A DNA stretch of 46,645 nt from a virus (IMGVR_UViG_3300031134_000612), one strand, 5' to 3'; shown: positions 20,450 to 27,470, counted from the first letter of the stretch. The notes: generated by a model not told the origin, from the letters alone. Made by a program: numbers and translations.

Positions 20450-20847
20450 TATTTTTCTTTAATAATGTTTTCTTTACATCCAATAAAGTATTTATGTTTA
20501 TTATTCACATTTACAGCCTTTCTATTGTGAAGATCTTTTGATGGAAAAATATAATAATTACCATCACCATCTAAAATAAAAATTTCATCTACTTTTGCTG
20601 AATCAATACGTTTAGCAATTTTATTCCAAGATTGGTTACCACCAGAAGTTACTAAGCAAACTTGATAAGATACTTCATTATCCTTATATCTAGAGCTTTT
20701 GCATTCTACTTTTTTTAATACACCATCAATATCTACGATCAAATCATAATAACTTGAATGGTTAAGAGGCTTACTGACAGTATATCCGAGTGACGCATAA
20801 TAAAAAACTGCGAATGCTTCGCAGTTATCACCTTGTGCTTTATTCAT
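20449..20847 (-). CDS. PD-(D/E)XK endonuclease, group I intron-associated/homing-endonuclease-like
   Basis: G..E.....Y....GY.VSKP....YDLIVD....KKVECKS pattern; ATG at 20847 follows SD GAGG. Confidence 0.75.
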   Translation of the reverse strand: MNKAQGDNCEAFAVFYYASLGYTVSKPLNHSSYYDLIVDIDGVLKKVECKSSRYKDNEVSYQVCLVTSGGNQSWNKIAKRIDSAKVDEIFILDGDGNYYIFPSKDLHNRKAVNVNNKHKYFIGCKENIIKEK

Positions 20848-20863
20848 AAACACCTCTCTAAGA

Positions 20864-20951
20864 TGGCGGAAGCGGTGAGATTCGAACTCACGGGACTTTT
20901 ACACCCGACAGTTTTCAAGACTGTTGCCTTAAACCACTCGGCCACGCTTCC
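20864..20951 (-). tRNA. tRNA-Ser(UGA)
   Basis: Cloverleaf with anticodon arm ACAGT-CTTGAAA-ACTGT, long variable arm, TTCGAAT T-loop, G73 and encoded CCA. Confidence 0.93.
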
Positions 20952-20955
20952 ATGT

Positions 20956-21008
20956 TGGTGGGCAGCGGTTAACCATCATTACGACATAATGACAGCTCCA
21001 TACTTCCC
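20956..21008 (-). ncRNA. 53-nt tRNA-like mini-RNA (acceptor-like stem, one hairpin, ACCA end)
   Basis: GGGAAGT...GCTGCCC-ACCA (6 of 7 pairs) enclosing TCATTA/TAATGA hairpin; no D or T arm. Confidence 0.4.
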
Positions 21009-21021
21009 ATAAATCTAAATT

Positions 21022-21105
21022 TGGTGAGTGCTGATGGATTCGAACCACCGTGTCTTCCGAAGGAGGGTTACAACCTCCCGCAATCGGCCTCTATGCGAAG
21101 CACCC
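21022..21105 (-). tRNA. tRNA-Tyr(GUA), variant anticodon loop UUGUAAC
   Basis: Acceptor GGGTGCT/AGCACTC, anticodon arm GGAGG-TTGTAAC-CCTCC, T-loop TTCGAAT, ACCA. Confidence 0.88.
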
Positions 21106-21128
21106 ATAATAAAACATTTTATCTAATT

Positions 21129-21216
21129 TGGCGGAAGCTGTGGGATTCGAACTCACGGAGCTGTTACACTCGACAGTTTTCAAGACTGTTGCCTTAAACC
21201 ACTCGGCCAAGCTTCC
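21129..21216 (-). tRNA. tRNA-Ser(UGA)
   Basis: Cloverleaf, ACAGT-CTTGAAA-ACTGT, GCCA end; close paralogue of 20864-20951. Confidence 0.93.
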
Positions 21217-21237
21217 ATATACGGTTTACAACTAAAT

Positions 21238-21327
21238 TGGTGGACGCCCAAGGATTCGAACCTCACGCCAACCGACCTGTCTTATTAAGGCGTCGCTTTT
21301 ACAGAGCGATGACAAGGAAAGGCGTCC
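21238..21327 (-). tRNA. Atypical D-armless tRNA-Tyr(GUA)-like RNA with enlarged variable region
   Basis: Perfect acceptor GGACGCC/GGCGTCC-ACCA, anticodon arm TCGCT-CTGTAAA-AGCGA, T-loop TTCGAAT; only 11 nt where the D arm should be. Confidence 0.7.
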
Positions 21328-21352
21328 ATTATTCTTACTATTACATCTAATT

Positions 21353-21436
21353 TGGTAGAGAGAACTGGATTCGAACCAGTGCGTCTTTCGAGCTAAATTT
21401 ACAGTCTAGTGCCTTCATCCACTCGGCCACCTCTCC
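21353..21436 (-). tRNA. tRNA-Tyr(GUA)
   Basis: Anticodon arm CTAGA-CTGTAAA-TTTAG, D and T arms present, ACCA. Confidence 0.88.
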
Positions 21437-21459
21437 ATTGAAACAGTTTATATCTAATT

Positions 21460-21543
21460 TGGTGGTTAGTGATGGATTCGAACCACCGTGCCTTTCGGAG
21501 TAGATTTACAGTCTACCGCAATCAACCGCTCTGCCAACTAACC
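21460..21543 (-). tRNA. tRNA-Tyr(GUA)
   Basis: Acceptor GGTTAGT/ACTAACC, anticodon arm GTAGA-CTGTAAA-TCTAC, ACCA. Confidence 0.93.
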
Positions 21544-21578
21544 ATAAGGGTTTTACATCTTTTTTTTTATTAAAAAAT

Positions 21579-21666
21579 TGGAGGAAGATGTGAGATTCGA
21601 ACTCACGGAGCTGTTACACCCTTCAGTTTTCAAGACTGACGCCATCGGCCACTCGACCAATCTTCC
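21579..21666 (-). tRNA. tRNA-Ser(UGA) with U73 discriminator
   Basis: TCAGT-CTTGAAA-ACTGA, long variable arm, ends CTTCC-T-CCA. Confidence 0.9.
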
Positions 21667-21722
21667 ATTTGTATTACTAAGAAAGAGTTTTTCGTTTTGC
21701 TTCTCAACTCTTCATGTTTAAC

Positions 21723-21751
21723 ATTCTATCAACTTCTTTCGTCCTTGTCAA
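21723..21751 (-). promoter_or_regulatory. Near-consensus sigma70 promoter directly upstream of the tRNA array
   Basis: TTGACA-17 nt-TAGAAT with TG-n extended -10 and A/T-tract UP-element-like sequence upstream. Confidence 0.8.
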
Positions 21752-21788
21752 CAACTATTTTAAATTATTTTCAATTATTTTGCTTTTA

Positions 21789-21801
21789 AATCAATAACTT
21801 A
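21789..21801 (+). promoter_or_regulatory. IHF-consensus site
   Basis: AATCAATAACTTA matches WATCAANNNNTTR. Confidence 0.5.
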
Positions 21802-21841
21802 CATTATTTTAGGTTGAACTTAGCCCTGCCACTATGGACAT

Positions 21842-21874
21842 AAAAAAACCCTTCGAAGGTGGCCTTCAAAGGGT
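21842..21874 (-). terminator. Attenuator terminator hairpin
   Basis: ACCCTTTGAAGG-CCA-CCTTCGAAGGGT (12 bp, one G-U) followed by a 7-T tract. Confidence 0.85.
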
Positions 21875-21956
21875 CTGAGATAATTACTATCCAAGAATTC
21901 GAGGCCATAACTGACCTCTACTCTGGTCAGTTAACTAGAATATGATGAATAATAAT
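21860..21956 (-). promoter_or_regulatory. Alternative RNA structures of a putative transcription attenuator
   Basis: Antiterminator: TGGCCTCGAA (21907-21898) pairs with TTTGAAGGCCA (21870-21860). Competing structure: TAACTGACC/GGTCAGTTA hairpin, extended by the Tyr-codon tract ATTATTATTC pairing with GGATAGTAAT. Confidence 0.65.
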
Positions 21957-21981
21957 AGGATACAGCGAATGTAGGTTTCAT
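21931..21981 (-). CDS. Putative Tyr/Ser-sensing leader peptide MKPTFAVSYYYSSYSS
   Basis: ATG AAA CCT ACA TTC GCT GTA TCC TAT TAT TAT TCA TCA TAT TCT AGT TAA; SD GGAG at 21994-21991. Confidence 0.75.
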   Translation of the reverse strand: MKPTFAVSYYYSSYSS

Positions 21982-22015
21982 TTTGTATTTCTCCAAAAAG
22001 TAAATAATAGTAACC

Positions 22016-22044
22016 ATTATAACAGCCCGCTCAAAAAAATTCAA
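22016..22044 (-). promoter_or_regulatory. Sigma70 promoter of the leader transcript
   Basis: TTGAAT-17 nt-TATAAT with TGT extended -10; overlaps a CCGCTTGA/TTGAGCGG inverted repeat. Confidence 0.7.
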
Positions 22045-22057
22045 GCGGTATGTTGGT

Positions 22058-22981
22058 TTATTTAAAATTGTTTCGCGTTGGATCGTTAGCTGCAGCTTCA
22101 ATTTCTTTAAACTGAGTGCTGTTGAGTTTTTCTCGGAAAATGTCATCAAGCGTTGCATTATAGCTTAAAGGCTTTAATGCTGTAATCACTCGTTGAGTGC
22201 AACTATCAACACAACGAACTTTCCAGAAATAAGCATTTTCAAAATCGTTTATTTCGAGGTAGGCGGATACTATATCAAAAGCTACATTCTTATTTTTAGG
22301 ATACAGTTTTTTGTAGTATTCAACAGCTTTGGCTGTATTTTTAGGATAGATGAATCCTTTTCTATATTGATAACCATACAATAGAATAAGATCTTCATCA
22401 ATCGGCTCACCAATAGATAAGTTTTCTGCCAGTGTTTTAAAATCTTCTGCATATTGAATTTGAAGCTTATCTACCTGAGCCATCAGCGTTAGATCATCTT
22501 CAAAATAAGGCTTCTTAGCTTCATAGAGTTCAATAAATGCTTTTTTGTTGCCAGTCTTTAATGAAAGGTCTAAATAATGAAATAAGTCAGTTAACGCTTC
22601 TTTCTTTTTAGGTAAGGTGCCAACGTAGTCGTAACTGCCATAATATTGAGCATTGCCAAAAGGTTCAGTTAATGTCGCTTTCACTAAAAATTTGTTTTGT
22701 TTAATAATAAAAGTCTTGTCTGGAATTTTATAAACAATGGGTTCTCGATTAGCATCCGCTCCATAATAAGCTTTAACCAATAGAGCGTAGGCATCATAAG
22801 GATCTTTTTGTTGTTTCGCTTCTTTAAGTGTATTACCTAAAACACCATCAAAATAATCAGTGGCCTTTACAACATCAGCCCTTCCCAAAATTTTACTGGG
22901 ATCTACTTTTGGTGCAGAATCACCACAACCCGCCAAAAGAGCTAACAGTGCAGCTCCCAATACATACTTCATATATCGCAT
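22058..22981 (-). CDS. Lipoprotein with Sel1/TPR-like helical repeat (307 aa)
   Basis: Lipobox LLAGC; YGYQYRKG...KNTAKAVEYYKK resembles a Sel1 repeat. Confidence 0.7.
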   Translation of the reverse strand: MRYMKYVLGAALLALLAGCGDSAPKVDPSKILGRADVVKATDYFDGVLGNTLKEAKQQKDPYDAYALLVKAYYGADANREPIVYKIPDKTFIIKQNKFLVKATLTEPFGNAQYYGSYDYVGTLPKKKEALTDLFHYLDLSLKTGNKKAFIELYEAKKPYFEDDLTLMAQVDKLQIQYAEDFKTLAENLSIGEPIDEDLILLYGYQYRKGFIYPKNTAKAVEYYKKLYPKNKNVAFDIVSAYLEINDFENAYFWKVRCVDSCTQRVITALKPLSYNATLDDIFREKLNSTQFKEIEAAANDPTRNNFK

Positions 22982-22994
22982 AGAGCACTCCTAA

Positions 22995-23222
22995 TTAAGA
23001 CAACTTCCAAGTGGTAATCTTTTCAACAGGTTCAAGAGACAATTCCTTACCAGAGATAATTCGGAAGATAGGATTTGTACATTCATCATTTAATTCCGCT
23101 TCAAATTCTTCCTTAAATTTGATAACGTCTTCTTCTGATGAAAATGAGCTTAATTTATATGTTGGAGAGTAAGATGAATCATAATTGTCGGGTGAAACGT
23201 AGCCGTGATAAACATAATACAT
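22995..23222 (-). CDS. Small hypothetical protein (75 aa)
   Basis: ORF with SD GGAG. Confidence 0.7.
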   Translation of the reverse strand: MYYVYHGYVSPDNYDSSYSPTYKLSSFSSEEDVIKFKEEFEAELNDECTNPIFRIISGKELSLEPVEKITTWKLS

Positions 23223-23304
23223 AATATTGCTCCTGTAGGAAAGTTGTTTAAAATAATAAACTATATGACCATTTTTGTCAATTATTAAATGATATCCATC
23301 ATTT

Positions 23305-24087
23305 TTAAATCATATACATAGACAGTAAGTCAACTTTACCAGAAAGTTGTTCGCGTGGATACAAGATGAGTTCTTGTCGAATATCATCATCATCGTCTAA
23401 TTCATTAAGAATATAATTATCAATGTATTCATCAACAAAGACATCACCATGATATTCTGCGTTAAAGACTTCATTATTTTCGAAAAAATCTTCAAAGTAA
23501 ACTTCTTCCTTGCGAACACGGTAAATGGTTTGATTGTAAATATTGAATGCAAACTTATGTTCGTTTCTTTGATGTTCAAACAAAGTGATAGTAGGAACCA
23601 TCAGTATATTGCCATCTTTTGTAAGCTTAAAATTATTTTCAAAGTAATAACGAAAATAACTCTTTGACATTTTAGTAATAAAGAAAGAAGCGGTGCTGCT
23701 AGGGTAGACCAAAGGCAAGCGAAATAAAGAACCTTCTTTTTTAAATGAAAACATATCATTATTAGATAACTTATTATCAATAGAGAACATTTTGTTAAAA
23801 TTAGAGTTTGATTTCATCTGGTCAAAAAAATCAGTTACAATTTTAAAATCACTGCGTTTCATCTTATTAATAGACAACAGTTTTTTAATTTCTGGCAGAT
23901 ATTTATTGCTGGTTTTAATGGCAGTGATTGAACTATTTCTAATGGTAAAGTCAACAAATTGCTTATCTTTGTTAAAAAAAGATTTGAAAAGAATAATATC
24001 ATTAACGTCATCAAATGTAAATGTGCTTTTCGGATAACGAGAAGTGAAGATATCACTGATAAGTTGTTGCACATTATTCTTTTTCAT
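23305..24087 (-). CDS. Paralogue family B, copy 1 (260 aa)
   Basis: Shares FAFNIY.QTIY.V...YFEDFFE.N with the gene at 25070; ends LLSMYMI. Confidence 0.75.
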   Translation of the reverse strand: MKKNNVQQLISDIFTSRYPKSTFTFDDVNDIILFKSFFNKDKQFVDFTIRNSSITAIKTSNKYLPEIKKLLSINKMKRSDFKIVTDFFDQMKSNSNFNKMFSIDNKLSNNDMFSFKKEGSLFRLPLVYPSSTASFFITKMSKSYFRYYFENNFKLTKDGNILMVPTITLFEHQRNEHKFAFNIYNQTIYRVRKEEVYFEDFFENNEVFNAEYHGDVFVDEYIDNYILNELDDDDDIRQELILYPREQLSGKVDLLSMYMI

Positions 24088-24141
24088 AAGGACTCCATAT
24101 TTCGCTGGATTATAGCATGTAAAGCCTAAATGTTCAATCCG

Positions 24142-24981
24142 TTATTCATATTCTTCTGGATATTCTTTTTCGTGTGCTTTTTGTTCAGCCAAATAAACAT
24201 TCCAGTATTGTAAATCTTTGGCAGTCAACAAATTATGCGATTGAACATAGTCAAACACCAACTGAATATATCGAGAACTACCATCACCATAATGTAAAGT
24301 CCACTCTGGGATGACAGCAACTGTATCACACATGTCAGATCGTAAGGTCTTCCATTCACGTTCTGGCGGGCCTTTTTTCAAGGCTTCTGGTGTCAAGTAG
24401 TCTTCGCCATTAATATAAGCCAATATTGAATAGATGTCAGTTAATTCTGCTGGTAAAGGCTTGTCCTTATAAATAAAGGTGCCCTTTTTGTCTAAAACTT
24501 GTTGAATATAAAACAATGATGAAAAATTTTGTGAATAATCTTCAAGAAAATGATATTTTCTCGTTATCACAGTTTCGCCATCAACAAAAGATCCTTCTGA
24601 GATACTTAATGTTTCTTTTGTTTGTTTGCCTCTGGACAAGATCTGAGCCAACGTTTCATATTGAGAACGTATCAACCAGCTACTTAATAAAAAAAATCCA
24701 TTATAATTGTTGCTAGACCATACTTGTTGTTCTTTAAAGTCAAAAAACAATAAGCCATAATCATAAGGAGCAAAAAAACATCGAGCATTATAATAGTCTT
24801 CTTGTTCATAATCAGCGACGGCATCTTCAATGTATAATTCTTCTTTTAGGACATGAGATTTGAAATAATCCTCATCCAACATTCTTAAATCATTAAAAGG
24901 CGTCAAACATCCGGTTGATGTTCTGAAAGACATCTTAGAGTTATCTTTAAATCTTGCTAAAACTACAACCATTCCGCCCAT
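24142..24981 (-). CDS. MGG-start family, copy 1 (279 aa)
   Basis: MGG.V....R..D and P.DYG...FDF motifs shared with 38331 and 39559. Confidence 0.75.
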   Translation of the reverse strand: MGGMVVVLARFKDNSKMSFRTSTGCLTPFNDLRMLDEDYFKSHVLKEELYIEDAVADYEQEDYYNARCFFAPYDYGLLFFDFKEQQVWSSNNYNGFFLLSSWLIRSQYETLAQILSRGKQTKETLSISEGSFVDGETVITRKYHFLEDYSQNFSSLFYIQQVLDKKGTFIYKDKPLPAELTDIYSILAYINGEDYLTPEALKKGPPEREWKTLRSDMCDTVAVIPEWTLHYGDGSSRYIQLVFDYVQSHNLLTAKDLQYWNVYLAEQKAHEKEYPEEYE

Positions 24982-25069
24982 AATATAATACCTTTATCAA
25001 TGTTTTAAAGTTTTAGCATGAATGAAAATTATTGCAAGAGTCAAAAATTGACATTAAATTTTCGAAATA

Positions 25070-25858
25070 CTAAATGAACAACATTCTAGTTAATTCAACT
25101 TTTTTAGTAAGATCTGATAAAGGAATAGATATAATACTCTCTTTAACAGAAACATCAGTAATAGTATTTGTTAATTGGTCGTCAATATAAGCGTTAACTA
25201 ACATATCAACATCAGTATCAGGATTAAACAACGTATTTATTTCAAAGAAGTCTTCAAAATAAAAAGATTGTTGAGTAACCTTGTAAATAGTTTGCTCATA
25301 AATATTAAAAGCAAACAATTTAGGTTGAGGGCAATCTTCAAAAAAATGAATTATAGGAATAGGAAAGAACTTACCAGTTCGACTCAGCTTAAAATGATTA
25401 TAGACTCTAAATCTATAAAAAATTCTAGTATTTTTACAAATAAAATTCGAAAGCCCAGCATGCTCGGTCATAAAAGGTAGACGTATTACATCAGCTTTTT
25501 TATAAGAGCGTAAAACATTCCTTGTTTGAATGTTGTTAACCAATTGGAATGTTTGATTAAAGTTTACATTGGAATTAAACGTGTCTAGAAATGTTTGAAT
25601 AATATTTAGGTTTTGTTCTTTAATTTTACTAATAGAAAAAAAGTTTTTGATAGGCTGAGCATATTCGTGATTGAAATAGATATCATGAACAGAATAGTCT
25701 TTCACAGCGAAATCGATAAATTGACGAAGATTAATAGTAGATGACTGCACAAGCATCTTACCAATAGATGGACTAGATGATATTTCCACATTTATCTTTG
25801 GATATGTTTGAGAAAAAAGATCAATCAATATTTTTTCAATATCTGCAATATCCATCAT
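25070..25858 (-). CDS. Paralogue family B, copy 2 (about 262 aa)
   Basis: Start at ATG 25858/25855 after SD GGAG; ends LTRMLFI. Confidence 0.75.
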   Translation of the reverse strand: MMDIADIEKILIDLFSQTYPKINVEISSSPSIGKMLVQSSTINLRQFIDFAVKDYSVHDIYFNHEYAQPIKNFFSISKIKEQNLNIIQTFLDTFNSNVNFNQTFQLVNNIQTRNVLRSYKKADVIRLPFMTEHAGLSNFICKNTRIFYRFRVYNHFKLSRTGKFFPIPIIHFFEDCPQPKLFAFNIYEQTIYKVTQQSFYFEDFFEINTLFNPDTDVDMLVNAYIDDQLTNTITDVSVKESIISIPLSDLTKKVELTRMLFI

Positions 25859-25969
25859 AGGCTCCAAAATTTTGATAAGTATAACATAAAATAAGAAAGA
25901 CATCAATGTAAAATGTTTTGACAAAACATCCTATTTTTTGATAAGATTAGCAATACATTGGAGAAGACT

Positions 25970-26707
25970 ATGGCTAAAATTACAACTGAAGATTGTAAAC
26001 ATTTTATTAAAAATCATTTTGGATTAACATCAACGGTCAGTATTAAAAGAGATCGAAAATATAAAGATGCCAACGGTGACTATATTCGTGAATTCAAATT
26101 TAATACATCAGATAGTTGTTTGATTAAAGAAGATCAATCAGGAAAACTATCTATTCTTGATACTATGGAAGTCGTTTCACGACCAAAAGCAGAACCAAAA
26201 GAATTTAACGCCAAGGCTTTCTTGAAAAAACATATCAAGAAATTGGAAAATAGAGATTATGATGATGATGATGATTCCCCACTGGAAGTATTTATGAAAG
26301 AAACAAAAAATCTTTCTGCTGAAGACAAAGTAAAAGTAGCTAATGAATTTTCATTCTTCTTCCCTGATGAAACATATAATAATGAAACAAGGTATATTAA
26401 AGATGGTTTAAATACACCAATGATAGGCGATAATGAATATACTAGTAATGCTTCATTTAATCTATGGTTTTATGATAGCTTAAACTCTGAGCCTGACTTT
26501 TATGTAAGTGACATTCTTCGAGGGATATTGCCAGAATATATGGATAAAGTAGACGAATATCATTTTGAATTAGATAGAACACCATTTACAAAGAATCTGA
26601 CAATCGGAGATGTCATTGTATTACTTGAACATATGGGATTTAGATACAAAAATGATCCTGAATGGGGAGATTGTCAATGTATGTTAGCAAAATTAAATCT
26701 AAAATAA
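25970..26707 (+). CDS. Hypothetical protein sharing an N-terminal domain with 32322..33779 (245 aa)
   Basis: ATG 25970 after SD GGAG; MAKITTEDCKHF...KYKDANG. Confidence 0.75.
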   Translation: MAKITTEDCKHFIKNHFGLTSTVSIKRDRKYKDANGDYIREFKFNTSDSCLIKEDQSGKLSILDTMEVVSRPKAEPKEFNAKAFLKKHIKKLENRDYDDDDDSPLEVFMKETKNLSAEDKVKVANEFSFFFPDETYNNETRYIKDGLNTPMIGDNEYTSNASFNLWFYDSLNSEPDFYVSDILRGILPEYMDKVDEYHFELDRTPFTKNLTIGDVIVLLEHMGFRYKNDPEWGDCQCMLAKLNLK

Positions 26708-26715
26708 GAATAAAG

Positions 26716-26742
26716 AAAAGCCAGATGATTTCTGGCTTTTTT
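26716..26742. terminator. Bidirectional intrinsic terminator
   Basis: AAAAGCCAGA-tgatt-TCTGGCTTTTTT between convergent genes. Confidence 0.8.
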
Positions 26743-26745
26743 GTA

Positions 26746-27396
26746 TCAATATACAATGTCTGCAACAAAGACATGAATAATATTTGGCGAATTGTCTTCA
26801 AACACCATATTCAGTATCTTTGGCCCCGGTGTTTTAACAGTTTGGGTTAATACCATGTTCTTGAAAGAATCATAAGCTGGCGATACCTTTCCATCTTTTT
26901 CTTTTTTCTCTTTGTTTGTTGTTTTTAAGCTGGTGCTGGAATAGAGTAGAAACTTGTTCTTATCAATATACAATGCCCCTACTGTATTTTGAGACATTAA
27001 TAAAACTTCTTTGTCTTCATAGAGTTTGTATTGTTGTTGAGCAGTCACGGCCATGCTGCCATTATTCAATTCGACATCAGCATAAACAAAAGGTTGTCCG
27101 AATTTATTCAGTTTGCCAAATCGGCCTAGAACCGTATTGATATCCGTCCCAGCATCTAACAAAATGTTTGATGTTCTAATGGCTTCGCTGTTGACCACAT
27201 AATTAGATTCTTTCATGCTTTTTTTTGTGGTTGTTTTGTAAGTCATTTGAGCGACTTCTTTCAAACCTTCTTTACTGGTTTCTATTTGATATTCACTAAT
27301 TACAATAGTGGGAACAGTTCCACCCGGCTCTAATTCACCCGCAAAAATAGTGGTAGGGAGTAGTGCCATACATAATACTGAAAATAGTTTTTTCAT
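26746..27396 (-). CDS. Exported hypothetical protein (216 aa)
   Basis: Signal peptide MKKLFSVLCMALLPTTIFA; SD GAGG. Confidence 0.75.
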   Translation of the reverse strand: MKKLFSVLCMALLPTTIFAGELEPGGTVPTIVISEYQIETSKEGLKEVAQMTYKTTTKKSMKESNYVVNSEAIRTSNILLDAGTDINTVLGRFGKLNKFGQPFVYADVELNNGSMAVTAQQQYKLYEDKEVLLMSQNTVGALYIDKNKFLLYSSTSLKTTNKEKKEKDGKVSPAYDSFKNMVLTQTVKTPGPKILNMVFEDNSPNIIHVFVADIVY

Positions 27397-27470
27397 TACA
27401 TCATTCCTCTTTTTTTCAAAATAAAAAAAAGACCTACAAGAGTAAGTCTTTATTCATGTATCTTTATAGT

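Noticed and set aside
21009-21578. CRISPR-like repeat-spacer array
   Set aside because: The repeats are tRNA T-arm/acceptor sequences plus a short spacer motif; no cas genes or constant-length repeats.
20864-21666. Selenocysteine or opal-suppressor tRNAs (TCA visible on the plus strand)
   Set aside because: CCA ends and T-loops place the genes on the minus strand, so the anticodon is UGA (Ser). ORFs show no sign of stop-codon recoding.
21842-21960. T-box riboswitch controlling the tRNA array
   Set aside because: The AAGGTGG resemblance is on the wrong strand, and there is no Stem I/specifier loop. A translated leader explains the layout better.
21931-22158. 75-aa ORF in the track
   Set aside because: It overlaps the lipoprotein gene and a promoter. 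Only the last 16 codons (ATG 21981) have an SD, so these are called as the leader peptide instead.
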